A stretch of 64,000 nucleotides of DNA, from contig CAYLWC010000006.1 in NCBI GenBank assembly GCA_964387265.1, positions 21,272-85,271 on the forward strand, written 5' to 3'. The stretch's first letter is position 1. Each line of letters starts with the position of its first letter. Position numbers and translations under genes: made by a program. This document shows, piece after piece, positions 46,214-54,164 of this stretch. The notes beneath the pieces are model-generated. The model was given only the letters and a program-made list of their open reading frames with translations. It did not search any database and had not been told where the DNA came from. Source of the DNA: an uncultured Vampirovibrionales bacterium. Its GTDB lineage: Bacteria > Cyanobacteriota > Vampirovibrionia > Vampirovibrionales > Vampirovibrionaceae.

Positions 46214-47819
46214 AATCTACCGCCTCTTTAGTTTTGTTTACCTCGCTGGCCAGAGCAATCCGCTCGTCTTCAATGCGTTGTTTGATAAACTGAATTTCAC
46301 TGAGCCGATCCTGGGCCCGGCCAATCAGGCGGGCATGAAGTAACTGCTGCATCAGTTTGCCAATCAGAGGCCCTTTGGGGACCCCCAATTCCAGCAGGTC
46401 ATTTCCATCCAGCTCAATTTCAACTCCTTCCCATTTTCGCTTGTACTTCTGGAAGGCCTCCATGAGTATTTCAAGTCGACTGGGGGTTTCTAGTCCGGTA
46501 TGGATCATCATGGCGATGACTGAGGGAAAAGGAACCCGGTGGAACAGGGTGTAAATATCCACAGGGGATGAAAACTCATGAATGGCTGAAAAAGCCTGGG
46601 TGTTTTTTAGGTTGAGATATTTTTCAACAATTTCCCGCTCCAGCTTGGTCAGACCCAGGCGCTTGATTGTCCCTTCCAACTCCTCCGGGCCCAAACCTTC
46701 CAGTAGAAAGCACAGATACACATGAAAGGGGTATTCTTTATATGTAAACTCGCTGAAAGCCTGACTGATTTCAGGTAGCTTCTCGGAGGCGGTCATGATT
46801 TTTTGGACGGTTGCTGGATCGGATGGCGGGTTGATAGTCATGTTGGTAAGTTTCAGGCATTGGTTTTGAATAAAATATTCCAGGTGATGCTGCTTGGCAG
46901 GGGTCTCTTCCTCCGATAAAAACCCGCAGAGTTCTGCCTTGATTCGCTCCCCTCCTCCTTTGTAGCAGCTTGATCCGTATTTCAGAAAGGTTTCCAGTAA
47001 ATGTTGGGTTTCCGGGGATAGGGCAAAGCCGAGCCGGGACGCAAACTTAAAGGCGCGCAGAATACGGCTGGGGTCTTCAAAAAACGAGGCGGGGTGGAGT
47101 ACCCGAATTTGCCCGGTCTCAATGTCCTCAATGCCGTTGGTGTAATCGAGGATTTTCCCCAACTCATGAATGGAAATGGCCAACGCGTTAATCGTAAAGT
47201 CTCGGCGGACGATGTCATCCACCAAAGGAACACCCTGGCGGATCACTTCCGGTAGGGCGCCACAACTTGGGTAGACTTCGCGACGGGTGGAGGCGAAATC
47301 GAAAATCAGGGTGTTTTTATAGTTGACCCGTACAGTGCCAAACCCCTCATGGCTTTCGGTCAGGCAAAAGTTCCGGGAGTGATCAACCAGGAACTGGGCC
47401 ACTTCCAGAGCATTACCCTCAATGGTGATATCCACATCCTGTACGTGAAGGCGTTTTTCTTTATACAACAACAGATCCCTGGTGATGCCACCAACCACAT
47501 AGGCTTGGACATGGGCTCGGGCCAAAAGGGATTGAAGCTCATAGAGGGCGGCGGCAAAGTAGACCGGAAAAAAGTCGCTGAGACGCCTGGAAATATCCAG
47601 GGTGGTGGTCAGCTCTTTGATATCAGAGTGAATCAGGGGAGATGATTCCGGTACACCGATGCTTTCAACGGGGAGCTTGCCCAGGGACATGGCGGCCATC
47701 TTCTCCAGGGCGTCACGCTGCACATAATATTGGCTCCCGTTGTCCCTGAAAAAAGGCTGTTTCTGGTCATATTCAAGGGCCAGTGCGTCTGATATGGGAA
47801 GAGTCTTTGGAATTTCCAT
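46194..47819 (-). CDS. tRNA nucleotidyltransferase / poly(A) polymerase family protein (CCA-adding-enzyme-like) with N-terminal extension.
   Basis: Pol-beta-like head motif (YVVGGITRDLLL...DVDITIEG) and RRDFTINAL. 20-bp overlap with the upstream gene. Confidence 0.75.
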   Translation of the reverse strand: MEIPKTLPISDALALEYDQKQPFFRDNGSQYYVQRDALEKMAAMSLGKLPVESIGVPESSPLIHSDIKELTTTLDISRRLSDFFPVYFAAALYELQSLLARAHVQAYVVGGITRDLLLYKEKRLHVQDVDITIEGNALEVAQFLVDHSRNFCLTESHEGFGTVRVNYKNTLIFDFASTRREVYPSCGALPEVIRQGVPLVDDIVRRDFTINALAISIHELGKILDYTNGIEDIETGQIRVLHPASFFEDPSRILRAFKFASRLGFALSPETQHLLETFLKYGSSCYKGGGERIKAELCGFLSEEETPAKQHHLEYFIQNQCLKLTNMTINPPSDPATVQKIMTASEKLPEISQAFSEFTYKEYPFHVYLCFLLEGLGPEELEGTIKRLGLTKLEREIVEKYLNLKNTQAFSAIHEFSSPVDIYTLFHRVPFPSVIAMMIHTGLETPSRLEILMEAFQKYKRKWEGVEIELDGNDLLELGVPKGPLIGKLMQQLLHARLIGRAQDRLSEIQFIKQRIEDERIALASEVNKTKEAVDYDPSAH

Positions 47820-47894
47820 GAATTAAGCCGGTCACTGAACAAGACGGTTCTTGTTATAATTTTAACTGAGTTCTGCTATGAGAAGCGTAAAGAA

Positions 47895-48245
47895 TTGGGG
47901 GGACTGATGGTGAGAGAGCTACACAACCAGAACCTGAAAAAATACCCGCGGATTACACTGCATTGCGCGTGTGGGAACGAGTTTAACATTAACGCCATCC
48001 GACTAAAAGATGGGAACCCGGTGATTTGCCAGATTTGTGGCTCGGAATTTCCCAAGGAACTGGGCACTCGGTTTGCTCAAGCCCTGCATGATCTTTTTGC
48101 CGTCAAGCATGAGCTGGAAAAGCAAAACAGTGGCTTTGATATCGCTTTTCTTTACAAGTCCACGTTCAAGCAACCGCCGGGGCCATACCCCTTCTCGGAA
48201 GAGGATTTTGAACCATTTGACAATAATCCGTCCCCGCAGCTGTAG
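47895..48245 (+). CDS. Hypothetical small protein with a C4 zinc-ribbon-like motif.
   Basis: CACGNEF...CQICGSEF pattern. 116 aa. Confidence 0.4.
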   Translation: MGGLMVRELHNQNLKKYPRITLHCACGNEFNINAIRLKDGNPVICQICGSEFPKELGTRFAQALHDLFAVKHELEKQNSGFDIAFLYKSTFKQPPGPYPFSEEDFEPFDNNPSPQL

Positions 48246-48262
48246 CTGGAGTTCGGCGTGCT

Positions 48263-48892
48263 TTACTGTCCCCAACGTTCATACAGGGTGTGCTCAAATC
48301 CCAATTGATCCAGTATTTTCCCGACGGTGTAGTTAATCTGCCCTTCCAACGACTGGAAATCCGGCAGATAAAACGAGAGCATGGGTGGAATGATCACCAC
48401 ACCGCACTGGGAAAGCGTCAGGAGGTTTTTCAGATGGATCGGGTTTAGGGGGCTTTCCCGAGGGACGATAATCAGTTTGCGATGTTCTTTCATCGTGACA
48501 TCGGCAGCCCGAGCGACCAGGTTATCCGTAATGCCACTGGCCACCCGCCCCAAAGTGCCCATGGAACAAGGGACGATCACCATGCCTTGGGTGAGGTGCG
48601 TACCACTGGAGGGGGGCGCGTCCAGGCGGTTGTTGCCATAAATGGCTAATAGTTCCGCTTTGTCTTCCGGTAGATTGAGATACTGGATGACATTATGGCG
48701 CTTGTCTTCCGTCTGGCCGGAAATTTTGAGGCCGGTTTCTTCTAGAATGACCTGTAGAGACTTTTCCGTCATGACCAGTTCGACAGGTTGATTCAGCAAC
48801 AGGAGTTCTTTGATGGTGCGGAAACCAAGCACACTGCCAGAAGCGCCGGTAATGCCGATAACGACAGGTTTTCCTTTTGAGGGAGTGGCCAT
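48263..48892 (-). CDS. ubiX: UbiX/Pad1-family flavin prenyltransferase.
   Basis: IGITGASG N-terminal flavoprotein motif and the PCSMGTL region. About 200 aa. Confidence 0.9.
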   Translation of the reverse strand: MATPSKGKPVVIGITGASGSVLGFRTIKELLLLNQPVELVMTEKSLQVILEETGLKISGQTEDKRHNVIQYLNLPEDKAELLAIYGNNRLDAPPSSGTHLTQGMVIVPCSMGTLGRVASGITDNLVARAADVTMKEHRKLIIVPRESPLNPIHLKNLLTLSQCGVVIIPPMLSFYLPDFQSLEGQINYTVGKILDQLGFEHTLYERWGQ

Positions 48893-48970
48893 GGGGAGAA
48901 CGTCCTGAATTGAGTCATAAGCCGTCCCTACAAATTACTACAAGGGCGGAAAAACATCTAGCCGGTCTGT

Positions 48971-50209
48971 CTAGCCGGTTTGATCCTGGTCCAGTAAGGC
49001 GTTAACCGTAGCGCCCATAATCCGTTGAATTTCCTGAATACAACATTTGACTTCGGTGGCCTTGTCTCCATCCGGTTGAAGCTTCAGGTATTTGTTGTAA
49101 TAGGACAGTGCTTCTCCCAGCCGACTCTGATTTTGAGCGTCGACCCCCATGTTGTAGTAGGTTTTTGCGGCCTTGAGACTGGGATCCCGCCGTGAGTCCA
49201 CTTTTTCTTTCCACTCCTTAATCGTTCGTTCGGGTTCATCCAGGTAGGCTCTTAGGGTGTACACGCGGTAAACCCGGACCTCAGCCTCATCATACTGGTG
49301 TTGTCTGTATAAATCCTGGGCCCCCAGAAAATATTCCTTGATTTTGCTTTTATGGGTGGATAAAAGGTGCTCAAACCGCTTGGATACCTTGTCTCGTTCT
49401 TGGGAAGGGAGTTCCCTGGCCTGGTGGTAAGCCCACAAAGCGTCCACATGGCGATTCAGTTTTTCAAAAATGACTCCCATGTTAATGAGAATGGTCGCAT
49501 CATCTGAAAGCCGGTGATACGCCTTTTGATACCACTTCAGGGACTCTTCCAGTTCTTCGTTCTGGTAGAGCAGGCTGGCGTAGGTTTTGTAAATTTTTGC
49601 CGAGCCGGGATACGAGGCAAGGGCCTTGGCGAAGATTTCCTTGGCCCGCTCGGTCTCGCCCTGGATGAGGGCCTTTTCCCCAATCTTGATGTTGTGCTCA
49701 AAAACTTCGCGGGCGTCATCAAAGCGCTGCTTCAGGCGGGCCGCCTCCAGCGTACCGGCTTGCAGACCCAGAAAAACGGCATAGTTTTCCATGGCCAACT
49801 CCGGCTCTTGGAGTTTATCGTAGGCAATCCCAAGATTGAGCCACACGGTTGCGTTTCGCTTGTTCTGGGTCTTATAGAGTTCCCAGAAATAGACGGCTTG
49901 CGAGATTCGCTCCTGCTTAAAGGCTAGGTTCCCAAGATTCAGGTAGGCTGTCACTTCCAGCGGGTCTAACTCAATTGCCTTTTTCCAGGCTGCTTCCGCC
50001 TCGTCTAACTGTTCTAGCTTGAAGTGGCTATTGCCCAGATTCAGGAACACCTCGCTGGCATGAGGCATGAACCTGGTCAAATCCTTAAACGTGGCAAGGG
50101 ATTGCTCGAATTCCTCCTGCTCATAATATTTCAGTCCTTTTTCAAAAAGGGCCTGAAAACCGGCTGGCTCTTGCTGGGAGGACTCAGGGCTATCGGGGGG
50201 GCTCATCAT
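48971..50209 (-). CDS. Tetratricopeptide (TPR) repeat protein.
   Basis: Multiple 34-aa TPR-like units (e.g. AYLNLGNLAFKQERISQAVYFWELY, WLNLGIAYDKLQEPELAMENY). Confidence 0.7.
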   Translation of the reverse strand: MMSPPDSPESSQQEPAGFQALFEKGLKYYEQEEFEQSLATFKDLTRFMPHASEVFLNLGNSHFKLEQLDEAEAAWKKAIELDPLEVTAYLNLGNLAFKQERISQAVYFWELYKTQNKRNATVWLNLGIAYDKLQEPELAMENYAVFLGLQAGTLEAARLKQRFDDAREVFEHNIKIGEKALIQGETERAKEIFAKALASYPGSAKIYKTYASLLYQNEELEESLKWYQKAYHRLSDDATILINMGVIFEKLNRHVDALWAYHQARELPSQERDKVSKRFEHLLSTHKSKIKEYFLGAQDLYRQHQYDEAEVRVYRVYTLRAYLDEPERTIKEWKEKVDSRRDPSLKAAKTYYNMGVDAQNQSRLGEALSYYNKYLKLQPDGDKATEVKCCIQEIQRIMGATVNALLDQDQTG

Positions 50210-50320
50210 GTCACAGGACCCTCTGGAGAAAGATTTGCCTAACGCAGGGCAGTATTCAATTCTTTTTTATCTTACGATATTTTTATGAAAAGGTATGGAG
50301 TATGACTCAGAAGTCCACCA

Positions 50321-51022
50321 ATGACAGTAGATAAAGGGAAAAACAAGAAAACATCCGTACTATCCTCCCAACTGGCGGAGAAATTCCCAATCGAGACGGT
50401 ATTGGATATTCTGGCTGAACGTTATCAGTTTCATCCCATGGATGAGTTAACCCAGCAGGATCCTTATAAAGTCTTGATTGCCTGTATTATGAGCCTGCGA
50501 ACCAAAGATGAAACCACCATTCCGGCGGCTGAACGCCTGTTTAAAATCGCCGATACCCCGGAAAAAATGGTGAAGCTTTCTCTGGAAGAAGTTCAAAAGC
50601 TGATTTTTCCGGTGGGTTTTTACAAAACCAAGGCGCAAACGCTGCTGGATATTTCCCGGCGCTTAATTGATGAGTATAACAGCCAGGTGCCGGACACCAT
50701 CGAGGAGTTGTTGACCTTTAAGGGTGTGGGGCGGAAAACGGCCAATTTGGTTGTGGGGCTGGGATATCAGCGACCCGCCATCTGTGTGGATGTCCATGTG
50801 CACCGGATTTGTAATCGCCTCGGTTATCTTGAAACCAAAACGCCGGATGAAACTGAGATGGCCCTGCGAGAGAAGCTGCCGGTAGAATACTGGAGCGTGA
50901 TTAACAAGGTGATGGTGCTGCACGGGCAGAGTATTTGCAAACCAGTTAGTCCCATTTGCTATGCTTGCCCGGTGGAGCGGTATTGTCAGAAGGTGAATGT
51001 GAAGCCCAGGGTAAAAAAATAG
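50321..51022 (+). CDS. nth: Endonuclease III (HhH-GPD DNA glycosylase with 4Fe-4S cluster).
   Basis: HhH motif LLTFKGVGRKTANLV, catalytic Lys/Asp context, and C-terminal Cx6Cx2Cx5C (CKPVSPICYACPVERYC). Confidence 0.9.
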   Translation: MTVDKGKNKKTSVLSSQLAEKFPIETVLDILAERYQFHPMDELTQQDPYKVLIACIMSLRTKDETTIPAAERLFKIADTPEKMVKLSLEEVQKLIFPVGFYKTKAQTLLDISRRLIDEYNSQVPDTIEELLTFKGVGRKTANLVVGLGYQRPAICVDVHVHRICNRLGYLETKTPDETEMALREKLPVEYWSVINKVMVLHGQSICKPVSPICYACPVERYCQKVNVKPRVKK

Positions 51023-51057
51023 TTTTTTTATCTGTGATGCCTATAATTTGCAGGTTT

Positions 51058-51148
51058 TCAAGGGGCAGAGCCCCTTGAAATAAATACTAGAGGTAGGAGT
51101 GAGCTGGAAAGTAGATTGGCAATCGGATCCAAGGGGCTGGCCCCTTGG
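51058..51148. repeat. Pair of near-identical GC-rich palindromes, 51 bp apart, in the nth-flgM convergent intergenic region.
   Basis: TCAAGGGGC-aga-GCCCCTTGA at 51058-51078 and CCAAGGGGC-tg-GCCCCTTGG at 51129-51148. Neither is followed by a T-tract on either strand. Confidence 0.45.
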
Positions 51149-51259
51149 AAGGATCAAGCAAAATAAAACCCCCGAAAACCTTCGAGGGTTGGCAATTGCA
51201 AGGAAACAGATTGCATTAAAAGGAACATTGAGAATTTTGGCTAGCGCAGAAAAGTTAGA

Positions 51260-51637
51260 CTAGCGCAGGAATGCTCCGGCGGGACCATCCAGGATGCTGT
51301 CGGCCAGCTCACTGGTATTAAGGTTCCGCAGGTACTCGTTAATCCGCCCGGAATCCACCATGTCTTTCAGGCGGCCCACCTTCTCGGCGTCATAGGATTC
51401 CTTGACCCGTTGCGCCAGACGGCTGAATTGAAGGATCTCTCTATCTCTCTCGTACGCTTTTTTCGCCTCATCGGAAATCGTGGCGTTATCCAGCGTGGAC
51501 AAAGGTGGGGCCGATTGACTGGCCTTGGCAGCCTCTTTATTAAGCTGCTCCACCTGCTCCGCGGATTTTGCGCCAATATTCAGCAAATTATTTTCTTGAA
51601 TGGGGTTGTTCTGTTTCCCTGAAATGCTGTCAACCAT
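51260..51637 (-). CDS. flgM: Anti-sigma-28 factor FlgM-like protein.
   Basis: C-terminal DAEKVGRLKDMVDSGRINEYLRNLNTSELADSIL matches the conserved FlgM region (KV..LK..i..G.Y.v....lA..il). Confidence 0.6.
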   Translation of the reverse strand: MVDSISGKQNNPIQENNLLNIGAKSAEQVEQLNKEAAKASQSAPPLSTLDNATISDEAKKAYERDREILQFSRLAQRVKESYDAEKVGRLKDMVDSGRINEYLRNLNTSELADSILDGPAGAFLR

Positions 51638-51921
51638 TGCGGTGTTCCTTTTGTTTGTTCCCTCTTCACTTGAACCGAGATTGCCGTGTTTATATATGTA
51701 TTATGGATGTAATGCTGGGTTGTGCCATTCATCTATGGATCAATCTCTTCTCGACCAAAGGGTGTATTTTACTATTATAGCAGTTTGATGTTTCGGGGAG
51801 AAAAAAGCTAAAAGGCCGTTGGGGACTGGCTTTGGTGGTTCCATTGAACAGTGGATGAACAAACGCGTCCGGGACGGCATTATAGTAATTGAATCCACAA
51901 CAACCACCTCGTTTGTTCCCT

Positions 51922-51960
51922 CACACTTTTCCGAACCGAAAAGTGTGATTTCTCTTTTTG
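51922..51960 (+). terminator. Orphan intrinsic terminator-like hairpin in the middle of a 614-bp intergenic region.
   Basis: CACACTTTTC-cgaacc-GAAAAGTGTG, a perfect 10-bp stem, followed by aTTTCTCTTTTTGGGG. It is not positioned at the 3' end of any annotated plus-strand gene. Confidence 0.45.
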
Positions 51961-52251
51961 GGGTTTTAATCTGAAGCGCTTGGCGGGACCCGTTTTTTCA
52001 AAATATTAAATTTGAGTCTCCATAGCCTTTAGCCTGGTTTTTTGCGGCTATCAGCAAGATAGAAAGCAAAAAGAATTTGCTTGCTCTGAACACAAGACCA
52101 TCCACAATAAAAACCGCTGAATGAGTGTGCAGGAGGTTTTAAGGTGAGATTTATCATGACACATTAAGATGAACTGAAAGATGAACCGGGCAGGACTTAG
52201 ATGGTATAAAGTAGGTACCAGATTCAACCGATTCACGGAGTCCCCCTTGGA

Positions 52252-54081
52252 ATGACCTTTGATCTTGCGCTTGTCCTGGCGTTACTGGGTATCGCCATTG
52301 TTATGTTCGCCTTCAACCGCCCTCGAATGGACGCGGTGGCGCTCCTGATGATGACCCTCTTGCCCCTAACGGGTGTAATCAGTATGTCAGAAGCGCTGGC
52401 CGGATTTAGCGATCCCAATATCGTACTTATCGCTCTGCTTTTTGTCATTGGCGAAGGCTTGGTCCGTACCGGTGTCGCTCAAAGATTAGGGGATTTTCTG
52501 GTCCGTCAGACCGGCAAGAGCGAAGGCCGGTTGCTTGCCCTCTTGATGGTGGTTGTGGCAGGCGTCGGTGCGTTTATGAGCTCAACCGGCGTGGTGGCGA
52601 TTTTCATTCCCATTGCGCTCCGTATTGCTAGAAATACAGGTATTGCACCAGGGCGGCTTATGATGCCCCTTAGTATCGCGGCGCTGATGAGCGGCATGAT
52701 GACCCTGGTGGCCACCGCCCCAAACCTGATTGTTCATAGCGAGCTACTGCGCCAGGGTTATGAGGGCTTTCAGTTTTTTAGCTTTACCCCTTTTGGCATC
52801 CCCATCCTGGCATTGGCCATTGTATACATGCTTTTTGCCCGCCGCTGGCTCGGGAAAAAATATGCCACAGAGGATGATGTGTCCAGAAGACCCCGCCTGA
52901 AACACTGGATTGAGGAATACAAACTTGCGGACCGGGCCTATCGGCTTCGCATTGAACCCGGCTCCCCAATGGCGGGAAAGAAGCTTGAACAGCTGGATTT
53001 ACGGGCAACAGCCGGTATTAATATCGTGGCGATTGAGCGGAAAAAGAATTTTCATCTTGAAATGATCCGCCCTCTGGCTCAAACCCAACTCCGTATGGAG
53101 GATGTTCTGTTTCTGGACATCCAGGGATCGGATGTCCATGTAAACGAACTGTGTCAGCAATTTAAGCTTCAACAATTACCTCTAAACGGCAGTTACTTTG
53201 CCGATTATTCCCAGGAGATCGGCATGGCCGAATTGTTGATTCCCGCCACCTCCAAACTGCTAGGGAAAACCGTGGTCGAATCCCGTTTTCGATCCGATTT
53301 CGATCTGACCGTGATTGGGATGAAGCAGGGGCTTACGGCGCAGGAAGGTTCGATTCTTAATAAAACCCTCAAGACCGGGGATACGCTACTGGCGATTGGG
53401 CCGTGGCGAGCCATTCGAAAGCTCCGAGGTAATAAAAACGATCTGATTGTCTTGAATCTGCCCGCCGAGCTGGATGATGTGATTCCTGCTCCTTCCAAAA
53501 TGCCCTATGCCATCGGCACGCTTGTTCTGATGGTGCTGTTGATGGTTAGCGGTATCATTCCCAACGTACAGAGTGCTCTCATTGCCTGCCTGCTGCTGGG
53601 GCTTTTTGGCTGCGTGGATTTTAACAGTGCCTATCGATCCATTCATTGGCAAAGCCTTGTACTCATTGTGGGTATATTGCCCTTTTCACTGGCCCTGCAA
53701 AATACAGGCGGTATTGCTCTGGCTGCTGGCAGCTTGATACAGGTAGTGGGTGAATTCGGCCCGCATGTTGCCCTGGCCATGATTTTTATCTTAACCATTG
53801 TTCTGGGCCTGTTTATTTCCAATACAGCCACAGCCGTCCTGATGGCTCCGGTGGCCCTGGCCTTAGCGGTTGATATGGGGGTTTCTCCCTATCCTTTTGC
53901 CATGGGCGTGGCTCTGGCCTCCTCAGCAGCCTTCCTGACCCCGGTATCTTCTCCGGTTAATACCCTGGTGGTGAGCCCTGGAAAATATACCTTCCTGGAC
54001 TTTTTCAAGATCGGTTTGCCCCTGGTGCTCATTGTTCTGTTTGTCAGCGTATTGCTGATTCCTTGGGTCTTTCCATTTTGA
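52252..54081 (+). CDS. SLC13/DASS-family anion:sodium symporter-like permease with two central TrkA-C (RCK C-terminal) domains.
   Basis: N- and C-terminal permease halves with the TAPNL and SSPVNT hairpin motifs. The central region (aa ~210-390) has two TrkA-C-like repeats (RIEPGSPMAGKKLEQLDLR..., LIPATSKLLGKTVVESRFR...). Confidence 0.85.
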   Translation: MTFDLALVLALLGIAIVMFAFNRPRMDAVALLMMTLLPLTGVISMSEALAGFSDPNIVLIALLFVIGEGLVRTGVAQRLGDFLVRQTGKSEGRLLALLMVVVAGVGAFMSSTGVVAIFIPIALRIARNTGIAPGRLMMPLSIAALMSGMMTLVATAPNLIVHSELLRQGYEGFQFFSFTPFGIPILALAIVYMLFARRWLGKKYATEDDVSRRPRLKHWIEEYKLADRAYRLRIEPGSPMAGKKLEQLDLRATAGINIVAIERKKNFHLEMIRPLAQTQLRMEDVLFLDIQGSDVHVNELCQQFKLQQLPLNGSYFADYSQEIGMAELLIPATSKLLGKTVVESRFRSDFDLTVIGMKQGLTAQEGSILNKTLKTGDTLLAIGPWRAIRKLRGNKNDLIVLNLPAELDDVIPAPSKMPYAIGTLVLMVLLMVSGIIPNVQSALIACLLLGLFGCVDFNSAYRSIHWQSLVLIVGILPFSLALQNTGGIALAAGSLIQVVGEFGPHVALAMIFILTIVLGLFISNTATAVLMAPVALALAVDMGVSPYPFAMGVALASSAAFLTPVSSPVNTLVVSPGKYTFLDFFKIGLPLVLIVLFVSVLLIPWVFPF

Positions 54082-54164
54082 GCGCCGAGAGCAGCATTCA
54101 AGAAAACACTGCCCGTTTCCGGGCAGCGTTTTTCTTCTGATTGATTGGGTGGGTGAACGGATGA

